This document shows, piece by piece, positions 22,502 to 33,872 of a stretch of 64,000 nucleotides of DNA. The stretch lies in NCBI GenBank assembly GCA_004764695.1, contig SMSO01000032.1, positions 8,898,483 through 8,962,482 on the forward strand, read 5' to 3'. Source of the stretch: Schizochytrium sp. TIO01 (lineage: Eukaryota; Protista; Bigyra: Labyrinthulomycetes). The position numbers and the translations under genes were made by a program. Each line of letters opens with the position of its first letter. Position 1 is the first letter of the stretch. The notes under the pieces are model-generated. The model worked only from the letters and a program-made list of their open reading frames with translations. It made no database searches and was not told where the DNA came from.

Positions 22502-23053
22502 TTAATTACTCTCTCGCTCTCAAGTGCAAAAAGTCGTTTCCCGGCGCTTGTCCAATATCATGTATAGTTTTTAAAATTACACCACATTTTCAGCAAGAAG
22601 AAAAGAAAATGTTCACACACAAGCATTTTAAACTTAACCTTTCTGTGAAATAGCAAAGAATAATTTGAAGCATACTTTTAAATAAACAAAGAAGAAAAAG
22701 AATAAACCATATTGATGCTATTTGTTGCCCTATCTCAGTAGGCTTCAGTCCTTTTAAAAACATAAATTGCATTATGCCCTATCTATATGGAACAACTCAA
22801 AGTAAACATGTGTAATTCAAAACAAAGTAGGGTATATTATAAAAGTTACACACGGTGGTTAGGTTCCCGTTAAAAAGGGCTCTTCGTTAATTGAATGTAC
22901 ATCTAAACCACTGTCAAACCTTGATCAATCGATCTTCTTGCGAGCGCGAGGTGGAGGCTTCCGCGCTGCAAGGTTAAGCGACTTGAGTGGCACAAGTTGC
23001 GTGCTGCTCGTAAAGCTTGAAGGTCCTAAGTTTGGAGTGCGAGGGTGGGTACG

Positions 23054-25015
23054 ATGCGTGTGGCCACTCCTGAGATTGCGCTCCATGTGGACGACCACGG
23101 AAAGAACGGCCCAGTGTATGGCGTTGATGTTCACCCAAAACTGCGCGTGATGGTCACTGGAGGAAGCGATAACGAGATCAAGTTTTGGACCTTTGGAGAC
23201 GCAGATCTTGAGAGTGAGAGCCCTTTTACCTTCATTTGCGGTTTTCAGGCCCACCACAAGAGCGTCAACGCAGCTCGATTTTCACCTGATGGCTCGATGC
23301 TCGCAACATGCAGCGATGACGGCACGCTGTGCATCTTCAAACCAGAGCATAAAAGTAAGGATAATAGTGCCGATACAAACTCGACTTGCATACTTGGCTG
23401 GGACGAAATTCGTGACGAGAGGGATGTGAAGCGTAAATTCTTGCGTGGCCATACCAGCGATGTCATGGACCTCGCATGGGCCAGTGACTCGCGTATGTTA
23501 GTTTCTGGGTCTGTGGATGGTAGCGTCATCGTTTGGGATGCAGTAGAATGCAAAGTTGTGCAATCGCACCATGAGCACGGCCACTTCGTGCAGGGTGTGG
23601 CATGGGATCCCTTCCGACACCATTTTGCATCGTGCAGTGCAGATCGTACTGTAAAGGTCTTTAAGCAACGAGTCACATCTGGAAAGACAAAATCGAAAAG
23701 CAGCCAGAAATCTGGCGCATCAGCAGATGGAACTACTGGTGCTAATTGTGCTGTTGAGCTACCGAAGTTCTCCGTTGCGCACGAGTTGACACACCGCCAG
23801 TATCCAGATAAGTCTCGCAATTCTGCGCAGAGCGACGAGGCAGAGGAAGATGCGTTGCAGGATGTAAGCTCAACAATGCACCGGCGCCAGATATTCCAGC
23901 ATGATACAGTACCAACAATGGTGCGCAGGCTGTCGTGGTCTCCAGATGGCTCACTGTTGATAACGCCAACAGGTCAGATTCGACACCGCGAGAACACCAC
24001 ATACTGTTACTTACGAGGTGCTTGGCAATCGCCGGCTCTTCACTTTCCAGGGACTGGCTCTGCTTCAGTAGGTGTGCGCTTCTCACCAGTACTATATGAA
24101 TTGCTCCCAGGCGCAAAGCCGTGGCTCAATGTGCCCTACCGTATGGTTTTTGCCATCATTACTTTGGACAGTGTTTTTGTTTATGATACTCAACACCTTT
24201 ACGCAATCGCTGCAGCCGAGAACCTTCACTTTGCGGAGCTCACAGATATTGCTTGGGGTGACAATGGGCAAGCTCTCATTGTCTCTTCTCGTGACGGTTA
24301 TTGCTCGCTAGTGAGTATGGAAGACGGTGAGATTGGTACACCTCTTCCGCAGAGTAAGATCCCGGCTGTGGTGAACGGAGATGTCCGCCTACCCGTGCTC
24401 ATCAAGCCTGAGGATAGGAACCCAGCCAAAACCAATATTAGCACGCCACAAAGGAAGAAATCTGTAGCTTCGCCCCTACGTGTAGAAAGTAAAGAGGTTA
24501 AGGAACCCATTAGTTCAGAGGATTCTGCTTCAGTTGTCGAAGCATCGCCCCAAACATCGCCTGTGAGACCTTCTCAAGACGCTAAAAAGGATGATTCCAG
24601 AATTCAAAATGAAGCTAGTGAGTCTACAAAGAAGCGACGTATCACCCCCACAAATATTCAGACCTTCTTCAAGGCTGCAAGTGGTGGTAGCAAATTTGAA
24701 CCCGATGAAAGCGAAACGAAATCGTCTATACAAGAGGACAAAAATGATAAACCTCAGGCAGCAGCACAAGAGAGTCCAGCTGTAGAGTCTGCTGATGATG
24801 CTGCAACGACAAAGACACTTCAGCGACGCCGCATTACACCTGTGCAAGTGCAGCCGTATTCACCAGCGACCTCAGAGGGTGTCAAATCTGAATCCGAAGA
24901 GACTCCCAAGCAGAGCAAAAAGAAAATTGAGTCGGTTTTACAAGATCAGGAGCAGCTAGGACAAAATACACAGAAAAAGCGCCGCATTGCCCCTACCATT
25001 GTAGAGGTCCTCTAA
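23054..25015 (+). CDS. CHAF1B: Chromatin assembly factor 1 subunit B (p60/Cac2), WD40
   Basis: MRVATPEIALH N-terminus, HFVQGVAWDP, RRLSWSPDGSLLITPTG, PYRMVFAI, NLHFAELTDIAW and SSRDGYCS; C-terminal RRITP B-domain-like motifs. Confidence 0.92.
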   Translation: MRVATPEIALHVDDHGKNGPVYGVDVHPKLRVMVTGGSDNEIKFWTFGDADLESESPFTFICGFQAHHKSVNAARFSPDGSMLATCSDDGTLCIFKPEHKSKDNSADTNSTCILGWDEIRDERDVKRKFLRGHTSDVMDLAWASDSRMLVSGSVDGSVIVWDAVECKVVQSHHEHGHFVQGVAWDPFRHHFASCSADRTVKVFKQRVTSGKTKSKSSQKSGASADGTTGANCAVELPKFSVAHELTHRQYPDKSRNSAQSDEAEEDALQDVSSTMHRRQIFQHDTVPTMVRRLSWSPDGSLLITPTGQIRHRENTTYCYLRGAWQSPALHFPGTGSASVGVRFSPVLYELLPGAKPWLNVPYRMVFAIITLDSVFVYDTQHLYAIAAAENLHFAELTDIAWGDNGQALIVSSRDGYCSLVSMEDGEIGTPLPQSKIPAVVNGDVRLPVLIKPEDRNPAKTNISTPQRKKSVASPLRVESKEVKEPISSEDSASVVEASPQTSPVRPSQDAKKDDSRIQNEASESTKKRRITPTNIQTFFKAASGGSKFEPDESETKSSIQEDKNDKPQAAAQESPAVESADDAATTKTLQRRRITPVQVQPYSPATSEGVKSESEETPKQSKKKIESVLQDQEQLGQNTQKKRRIAPTIVEVL

Positions 25016-25431
25016 TTTTTACCCATAGGATTGCTCTAAAGACGGTGGGTAGAGATGACCTCGATGGGAAAATGTGGCAACTAAGAAGCTATCACAGTGT
25101 CCATAAGTCGCTTATAGTACTGGTATCACTAGTGGCAGCAATGTTGAAAGGCTCATAAGGGGCCATTGTAGCCCTCATGTTCTCCGTTTACATTACCTTT
25201 TATGTTTTTTTCCTTTATGTATGCACCTTATAGGGTCTGCGTACCGACTAATATGCTAATATAATAATTCATCTTACTAGTACAAATATGAAAGCGACCC
25301 CCTTACCTTCTATAGTATAAAGTAGGCCAGGTGCCTAGTTCATTTATGGACCTCACTATCGTGTTGGCAAGCCAAAAAAATCTTTGTAAAGATTACAACA
25401 TAGTATAAAAAGATTATAATAGAGAATCAGT

Positions 25432-26875
25432 TTACGGCTGAGCATGAATTACAATGGGGTCATGAGTCGTGGTATTGCTAAGTGGTTGGGTTTGCTCACT
25501 CTGCTGGATCTGTTCAGGAGGTTGCCAAAGGCGTATAACTCCGGGCTCGTTGGGTGAATTAGGAGAAAGTTCTCCAGAGACAACAATAGGGAGCGTTGGG
25601 TGCGAATCAACCGCCACGACCGGCCCTTGGTGCCCTGCAAGTCTAAGTGAGACACGCTTCGTCTGCAAATCCCAGAGATAAACATGACCATCCTCCGAGC
25701 CACTCATGATCGCTGCAGCACCTTGATGCACGGCAAAACCAGCTTGCACACAATACCGTTCATGTAAGTGGCCTCTGTACCTCTTGAGAACCTTTTCCTG
25801 AGCATAATTCCAGAGTTGAAGGGTACCACCAAAAGTTCCAATCAAAACAAACTTTCCGTTCGGTGAAAACGTAGCGCTTGATACAGGCGAATTTTGATTT
25901 TGCAGAATGGTGCGAATGCAATGTCCTGTTTTACAATCCCAAATACGTACAAGTCCATCAAAACTTCCAGAGACTACCAATGAGGCATCGCGATTAAAAT
26001 TAACGGACGTAATCGGGTCCATGTGACCAGGAATTGTTAAAAGGCAGCGGCCGTCCTGTACACTCCAAATACGGATAGTACAATCGAAGGAGCCCGAAAC
26101 GATGAGATCGCCATGCGGGCTATAATCTACAGCGAAAACGATGTTTCGATGGCCATGAAAGGTTCGAACCTCTGTGCCAGAAGTTACATCCCAAAGTTTA
26201 AGGGTCATATCGTCGCTTGCTGAGCAAAGGTATCGCGAGTCAGGAGACCATGAGATAGTAGAAATTCCACCTTCATGACCACACATTGTACGTCTATGTG
26301 TACCCTCGACTGGGTCCCAAAGCATAACTTTACCATCGGTGGCTATCACCTCCAAAATAATCCCATTCCCAATTCGTGAGGTTAGTTTTCCACAATCTTC
26401 AAAGTTACTGTCATGCTCAATTCATATGCTAGTAGCAGAGAAAAAACAAATCGCTCAATCAACATAAAAGCAGGGAAAATAAAAAACCGATCAAACCCTA
26501 GGTGCTAGCCTAATAAGCGCAACATTCGCTGTTGTATCCTCTTTATATGACTTGCCTGGGGGCTGAAAGAATACAACGACATAAGAAACTGGTCGCTGTT
26601 TTTGCAAGAAGCAAGTGCTTCTGGATCAAGAGGTTGGTTTACACGAAGCGCAGGGGTTTCTCTTTTCTGCGCTTTTACTCCAGTAAAGCAGTACCTAGTA
26701 GTACTACTGTTTCCTAGAAGTACTACACTTTGTTTTTTTCTTAGGACTTACATGCCGTTGCAAGGAGCTTGCCATCGGGCCCGAACTTGACACATGAGAC
26801 GCTACCTTCATGGCCCTGGAGAACATGACTCATACCCAGGCGCAGGCGCGGCATGCGCTTTACGTCCTTGCCCAT
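25432..26875 (-). CDS. WDR5-like WD40 protein, diverged paralog B (2 exons: 26875-26752, 26342-25432)
   Basis: Exon 1 MGKDVKR...GHEGSVSCVKFGPDGKLLATA ends at a GTAAGT donor (26751). The AG acceptor at 26344-26343 restores ATAS-TDGKVMLWD in frame. WDR5-type motifs SASDD, SGSFD, GHMDPITSVNFNRD and SGSEDG. Confidence 0.85.
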
Positions 26876-27333
26876 GGTGATTGCTGCTTGAAGGTCTCCT
26901 TGTCGCTGAGCGTGATCGAGTTTTGCTGTGCCAAAGAGTGATTATGATCAGAAGGAAGTAGGTATTATGGACAACTAGGTACTCTTAATCATATTAGATT
27001 GTGATAGTAAAATGTGTGAGGCATCCTTGTTTGAAGCTAAGCGCTAGGATGCCTTCATTGGGTCAACATATAAAGCTAAAACTATAGACGCGACGGGTTT
27101 GGAAAGCATATGCAATAAGTATATGAATAAGATCACTGCGAATTGCTCCCTTAAAATTTTACTTGCTTCTCTAGAGAAAAAGGAGATATATAGAAAAATA
27201 TCAATACATATATGCGCGAATGTCAAAATATTGTTGACAATAGATGAACTTGGGTTGTGGATTACTTGACAGGAACGATGTGCTTGCTTAGGTATTTATA
27301 GGTGTTAATAAAGCGGCTTGAGAATTTCTACTC

Positions 27334-28815
27334 TCATGGTTCAGACCTTTCCTTTGCATTGTCGTCGCCGTCATCATCGGCTTTTTGATCACATTCAATG
27401 TCGTTCTCAGAGTTTGGTTTAGAATTTACCTTGGGATAGTTTTGTGTAGACTCGGACGGAGTCTGATCGTATTCCTTCTGTTTTGATGGGTTCTGACTAG
27501 GCTTTTCGTTTGATGAGCGCTTATGCTTCAAAGACTTCAATTGCATTGCGGATTTTTTGGACAGAGCTGATCTGTTAGAACTGGACTCTGATGTTTTACT
27601 GTCTACAGGGGGGGCGCATACACTGATAGACGCCTCCTCGGGACCATCCTGACCAGCTTGGTGTCTCCAAACACGCACAATAGGGCGTGCCGTACGGCCA
27701 TCAGGAACTTCGCCAGATGCAAGAAGGTCTTGAGTTGGATGCGCATCAACAGCGAGGACAACACCAACATGGCCTAGGAGTCGCTGAGCAACCTTGCGCG
27801 TTTGTACATCCCACACGTAAATTTTGTGATCTTCCGACCCAGAGATCACCCAGTGCCCTGATGTGACAGCAAAACTAGAAAGCATACAATAGCGCTCATT
27901 AATGTGACCCTTGTAGGTTTTAGCGCATTTCCCTTGTGAATAGTTCCATAAACGCAATGTAGAGTCAAGTGTGCCTGCAAGAATAAATTTTCCATTTGGA
28001 GAAAAGGTTGCAAATGATACGGCTGGATTGGTATCTCCAATGAGGGTTTTTAAACATTGGCCACTGGATGGGTCCCAGATGCGGCAGAGACCATCATACG
28101 AACTAGATACCACCATGGTGCCCTCACGGTTAAAGTTTGTAGATGTCACCGGGTCCGAGTGTGCTGGGATTGTCCGCACGCAAGTTCCTTGGCGTACATC
28201 CCATAGTCTGACCGTGGAGTCAAAGGATCCTGTATTTTCGTGAAACACAATCAACGTGATAAACAACAATTTTCGCTTGCATCTGTGAGTACTTCTGACT
28301 TCTTCTTCTGTATTTTAAACCTTTGCAAAATCTGAAATTTATAAAACACGCAAGCAACAACCTTGTACGGTTAACGCATTTTACTTACCTGTGACAAGTA
28401 CATTCGCCTGTGGGCTAAAGTCAACGCTAAAAACATACTCGCGGTGGCCCTCCATTGTTCGCAAGCATTTTCCAGTTTCTACATCCCATAGACGCGAAGT
28501 GGTATCATCTGAAGCCGTACACAGAAATCTCGAATCTGCAGACCAACACACTCCAGATATACCTTGTTTGTGGCCCCGGATGCGCCTGTGGAACTTGCCT
28601 GATGACGCATCCCATACGATGACAGTTTTATCTGCACTTGCTGTGGCAAGCATCTTGCCCGAAGGCGAAAACTTAACGCCAGATACGCCTGCATCATGGC
28701 CTTCAAGCTTTAACCATGGCACATAGTTCGGTTCTTCGCTCACGAAGGTCTTGTTCTCCCGTGACTCCGCAGCCTGGGAAGGTCTACGATCTGACAAAGC
28801 TGACAATGAGGTCAT
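27334..28815 (-). CDS. WDR5: WDR5-like WD40 protein, paralog A (2 exons: 28815-28389, 28229-27334)
   Basis: GTAAGT donor at 28388 and AG acceptor at 28231-28230 join LVTG-SFD. Near-canonical WDR5 motifs PAHSDPVTSTNFNREG, SSSYDGLCRIWD, GQCLKTL, FSPNGKFILAGTLD and SGSEDHKIYVWD. Confidence 0.88.
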
Positions 28816-30010
28816 TTAGGCCAAGCTTAATCACCACTCTCGTCGCGCTCCTGCCCAAAACTCTGCAATTTTGACAAATTGTTGAAATTTGGTTTCGGTT
28901 CTTCACAGTGGTGCGCTTTCGTTTATCCTTAAGCAACCTATGCTACTCCTCTACAGATGTCCAAGGCGTCAGCAGAGCAGCAAATGGACACGACGACGAT
29001 GGGTAGAATCCCTCCTCCTTCTCCTCACTGTTAGCCTTCTTGTGAGACTGCACAGAGTGATAAAGGCGACGGGGGAGAAGCAGCCTCTACAGTTCACAGA
29101 CTCAAGTGTCACGCGTTGCGATTGCGAGATCGCGGAAGAGAGAGATTTGCTGCCGTCATGCCTGAGGCAAAAACCTGAGAAAAGGCAAAAAGGCGGAAAT
29201 TTTTTTAATTTTTTTTTTTTGGTTACGGGCCCACTCTAGAGAAAAATAGAAGATCACAATGGCAATGGAAAAGCGCTTGATAGAAATAGCATTATTTCCT
29301 CTGTTCGGATTAGGCCATTGCATTTAAATCGATCCTGCAAACCGATTGACCCTCAAAAATAATGATGCGCTCGGCTCATCATAGTCAAGCACAACTCACC
29401 ATGATTGTTGAAGTAAGTGTTGCTAAAAATCAACTTGCGCAATTCGCAAATGATGGAATATACAAAGTCAATTTACACGTGCTGAACCTATGAGATCAAA
29501 TTATAGGCAGACAAAAGAGAAGTTTGTTTGTATTGGGGTTATCCAAACATGAATTTTAAAGACGAAGAGGAATATGCGTTCCGTTGTCTATGGTATTACA
29601 GTTTTTGAGAATCTAGGAAATCAAGCACAGAGCATGTTTCGCGATACGGAAAATACATCACAAAATTTGCAATACAGTGTATACAAGTAAATGCACTGAC
29701 TTTGCACAAGGTACCTAGCTAGTCAGTTCTTTTCTTGGCAAAACTCAAGTGTACCTGCATAAATAAATATTACCACCAATATAATGCTCCCAGAATATTG
29801 AGAGATTAAATAAGGTAACGCGGGGAACCTCTGTAGGTCCACTCGCTCGTACAATCACAGCACAACGTTTGGAGTCCATCGCAACGCGAGCTCCGTGATT
29901 TCTCTCACGTCTTCGGATATTACAAACTCGTTGACCCAGCTAAGGCCCTGCAGAAACTGACTCTTGGTCGAGATAGCTCAATTCCACTATAGGCAAAGTG
30001 TCAGCTGGCC

Positions 30011-31180
30011 ATGGCGGGCTCCGCAGTGGAAGAGCAGTCGTTGTCAACGACGATTGTGCCTGTTGTTGAGGGGGTGTTTTGTTCGGACAGCGGCAATGTC
30101 ATAGTTTGCAAACACGAGGACGTGCGCAAAGTAAGTTTCATGGTGCACTGAGTTCTATGCTGATAGATGTAAAGTCTGACGCGAAGTTTCTTTGTAGGTA
30201 TATGAGCTTGGATGCTATGGGTCTTCTGCAACAACAGCTTCCCTGAAGCCGCTCTTCATGCGAAAGAAGAGGCGTCGGTTTCGTGATTTAGATGCAGATG
30301 CAAACCATGTGGAGCCATGGAAGCTTACGCTATTGGAGGCCTTTTATCTCATGTCACAAAACCAGCTTGAGGTGGTGTCCGGGAAAGACGGCAAAACCCT
30401 TTCGAAAGAGGAGGCCTGGGCACACTTTCGGCAGTCTTCAGCTTTTTCTAGTCCAAGGCGGTTCGCTGTGATGTACATGGCCTACAAACACCTTCGTGAC
30501 CAAAAGTGGGTCATCAAGATGGGCCAGACATATGGTGGCCACTTTGCGATTTATCAAGGTGACCCTGATTTTTTCCATTCTCAGTTTTGCGTAGTGGTGA
30601 GAGATGTAGAAGAAACTGCAAGTAAGTTGCAAATGATTTCTAATTCAGATTAAGGCTAAAGGAAGGGATGTAAATTCAAAGAAAAAGAAATGTGTCATGA
30701 GTTTTACATATGCATGGTAGAAAAAGAGGAGAAGAAAAAAACAATCAAAGCGGATTGAAGGAATATATGTGGGGTGACGATGAGGCGATCCCAATAACAA
30801 CGATGCAGCAAACTAACTGAGTCTCTTGAGCATGTGATATAGATACTTGGTTGGATATCACTCGCGAAATGCGAGTTGCAAACCAAACAGGGAAAGAGTT
30901 AATGGTGTGCGAAGTCTCCGACCTGGCAGATGATGCGAAGCCAGACTCCACCGCAAACGTCGAGTTCGCCATTATGTTGCGCTGGGTTCTTCAGCACGAG
31001 CAGGTAGGAAAAGAACGTCAGCCACACCGAAAGTTAGCGCAAAAGCTAATTGACCCTGCACAAAAAGTTGCACAACACAAGAACAAGAAGCGTAAAACCA
31101 CTCGACCGCCACGTACCGCTCCATCTGCTGATGCCACAGGGTCAACCAGTACGACAAACACTGATCAACGAGCAGTTTAG
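30011..31180 (+). CDS. tRNA-splicing endonuclease catalytic subunit, Sen2-like (3 exons: 30011-30130, 30198-30621, 30843-31180)
   Basis: GTAAGT donors at 30131 and 30622 and AG acceptors at 30196-30197 and 30841-30842 give a continuous frame. Motifs LTLLEAFYL, YMAYKHLRDQKWVIKMGQTYGGHFAIYQGDPDFFHS (Tyr, His) and RVANQTGKELM (Lys) supply the catalytic triad. Confidence 0.85.
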
Positions 31181-31410
31181 ATTCCTTCTTTGCTTTCGTA
31201 ATGTTCCTACAATTAAAAAAAAGCAGGTGCTAGTAAGTTGTTGTTCTCCCGTATTGTCAATCATCATACAGGCGAGATCATCACCACTTCCCTTTTAAAA
31301 TAACAAATGAGAAGGGCACGAACATGCGAGCCTGTGTGCAATTTTTAGTGTGTATTTATGGATGAATCAGCAATCAGCGTGTTTTTATGTGTATTTGCAG
31401 CGATCGTTGC

Positions 31411-32229
31411 TTAGTTTTTATTCTTTGCCAGCGCAGTCTTGACAAGCTTGTTAACCATGGACGGAACCTCTGCGTCCGTGAGGAACTCGCATGCACGAAT
31501 GGCATTGCAAATCAGTGCAATCTCCTCTGCACGAGCTGCGTTCACCCAAACACTGCCATTGGCACCCACTGCCACCTCGTATGCAATATGATTGGCGATT
31601 GCGGGCAGAATCGCACAATTATCGTCCAAGAGACGGATCGCGAGGCCTAGCGAGCAGTTAAAAACGTAACCTCCTTTGAGTTCACCGTACAAAGATTCTC
31701 CAGTCATCCAGTCCTTCTTGGGCCCGTTCACGACCATGCAGCTGAGTTCAGGGTCCATGTCCTTGTGGACCTGGGCTACACGGCAGTAGACGAGAGTGCC
31801 AACCTCAAAAGTGGGCCGGTTACGTTTGCTGGCTCCATCAAAAGCTAGCGTGGGCAGTTGAGCAAGAGAACCGCAGCGAATATCTACGTGGTATGCTTCT
31901 GCAAAGGTGTCGGTAACCACGCCAATGACGTTGTCTTCTAAATGAGGTCTGTAGAGATGGTCATAATGCTCAACCCAGTAGATGTTGGGCTGCTGGAAGT
32001 GCAAAACTCCAGCTTGGGTGACGACAACTTTGTCTCGAAGCTGGTGAAGCCCATCACCAGTTTTGATTGTCTTTCCAAACCTAGAGAGTTCCTCAGTGAC
32101 ATCCTGACCTACAAAGACAGCAGTAGGCTTGAAGCTGGCAAAATTGGCTGGCACGCCACCCATTTCAGTCTCCATGGACTGCAAAAACTTGCCAGCAGCA
32201 TCATCGCCCGAGTCGACGGAGGAAGGCAT
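31411..32229 (-). CDS. EXOSC3: Exosome complex component RRP40
   Basis: S1/KH motifs LPTLAFDGASKRNRPTFEVGTLVYCRV, DPELSC, YGELKGG and YEVAVGANGSVWV. Confidence 0.95.
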   Translation of the reverse strand: MPSSVDSGDDAAGKFLQSMETEMGGVPANFASFKPTAVFVGQDVTEELSRFGKTIKTGDGLHQLRDKVVVTQAGVLHFQQPNIYWVEHYDHLYRPHLEDNVIGVVTDTFAEAYHVDIRCGSLAQLPTLAFDGASKRNRPTFEVGTLVYCRVAQVHKDMDPELSCMVVNGPKKDWMTGESLYGELKGGYVFNCSLGLAIRLLDDNCAILPAIANHIAYEVAVGANGSVWVNAARAEEIALICNAIRACEFLTDAEVPSMVNKLVKTALAKNKN

Positions 32230-32955
32230 CCTGGCACGATAACTCGCACCGGTTTATAATCAACAAACCCACGAATCAAGACTGCGTGCCTTCCTGTACA
32301 AGAACCTTTTGGTCTCCAGCGCTGCCAGTGATTACTTATCCACTTAATTGTTGCGGTCCGTCATACTAATTATACTAATTTTAATTCATAATACCAAGCA
32401 TACTACCATGTTGTTAAGGGCTGCTACTACTACTCATCCTGCTAATCATTATGAGCGAATCATTCATGAGTATAAGAAAGGAAACAAAAAAGAACGACCC
32501 TTGAGAAGAACACTCTGCGGATCAAAGGAACGTTCGTTCTTTAGACACTCTGTTCTGATCTTCTTCATACACGAATCTTGTTTATACAATCCTCACTTTA
32601 TTTATTCTTTCTTCAAGTTGGTTTCATCTTTGAAAAAATATACAATCTTTGAACTGCTTTGGCACTTTGAGTTTAACCTATTAAAATCGCAATACCTGCA
32701 TTTCCTATGGTGACGAAGTGGGGCAAGAAAAAACAGAAGAAGCATCGTTCTTTGCTAACTAATCTTTTTTTTTCCTTTTTTTTTAAATAAATAATTTTAA
32801 TCGTCTGGAGCTTTATAATAGCTGATAAGGCCCAATCGCAGGTTAAAGACTAGCTCAAATGATGAATCATCAAAGGGATGAGACAAATCATTATTTTGTT
32901 AAAATAAAAACAAAAAACTCAAACTTTGAAATAGTCAACTTAAACTTTAGGGCCA

Positions 32956-33390
32956 TTAGATTCTTGCAAGCTTTAAGTACAGGACAGGGTATACCTGCTT
33001 TGTTTTCATCGCATGCTTAGGCTTAAACTTCGATTTCCCCATAAGTTTGCAGTCTTTGACGTAAAATTTGTAGCCCTTCCTTTTCGCATTCTCAAGGCTT
33101 AGAACCCGGCGGAAGCAAGCATCCTTGGATTCTCCGGAGCGCATGAGTTGATTGATATCTTCGGAGAAGGCCATATCGAGTGTTCCCGCGGCATATTTTT
33201 CGGAAGAGGGATGGAGTTTCAACTTGAGAACCTTTTTCTTTCCATTATTCTCATAAAGATACAGGTCCAGAGTCGACTTGGTCATGTACTTATTCTTGAT
33301 GGGTTTGAGGAGTTCGAGTCCATCGTATTTCTTCAGTACCATGTTGGTCTCATCGGTCTGATGCCCCTCGAAGCGTGCATTGGAAGTCAT
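32956..33390 (-). CDS. Orphan Lys-rich protein (144 aa)
   Basis: ATG-initiated, protein-like composition, followed by an AT-rich 3' region. No family recognised. Confidence 0.5.
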   Translation of the reverse strand: MTSNARFEGHQTDETNMVLKKYDGLELLKPIKNKYMTKSTLDLYLYENNGKKKVLKLKLHPSSEKYAAGTLDMAFSEDINQLMRSGESKDACFRRVLSLENAKRKGYKFYVKDCKLMGKSKFKPKHAMKTKQVYPVLYLKLARI

Positions 33391-33680
33391 CCTGTCCTTG
33401 TAAGAGACCGTTCACTGATTCGTCGTTCGTTGCGGTTGGAGTTTGTTTTGTATTTGCTGACCTTAATGTGCCTATCACAATCTTTCTTTCTCTTTGGTGA
33501 TTTGGGTTTGCTTTCGTATTCTGTTTCTTCGATGCCTCTCTCTCTCTCTCTCCCTTCTTTCCTTCTCTTGGGCGATTTCGTATCCCACTTCTTCGATGCG
33601 TCTCACAATCTTATTTCGAACGTCTCTCTCTCTTCGGTGGTTGGTGGGATGGTTTTGATGTGTCTCGTCTCTCAGGGTGT

Positions 33681-33872
33681 GCAAAAATGCAAAAGCTGCC
33701 GTCAGTCAAAACGTCCAAGAAGCCACGGAAGGAACCTTGCAGAAACTCAAGAAGATGATGCAAACGGAAGGAACCTTGCAGAAACTCAAGAAGATGATGC
33801 AAAAATGCAAAAGCTGCGTCAGTCAAAACGTCCAAGAAGCCACGGAAGAAACCTCGCAGAAACTCAAGAAGA
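33681..33872. repeat. Nested tandem duplication A-B-B-A-B' (B = 39 bp)
   Basis: A = gcaaaaatgcaaaagctgc(c)gtcagtcaaaacgtccaagaagcc at 33681 and about 33799. B = acggaaggaaccttgcagaaactcaagaagatgatgcaa at 33725 and 33764, with a variant at 33842. Confidence 0.92.

Noticed and set aside
33681-33872. CRISPR-like array
   Set aside because: The intervening sequences are repeated rather than unique spacers, two units are directly adjacent, there are no cas genes, and the context is eukaryotic.
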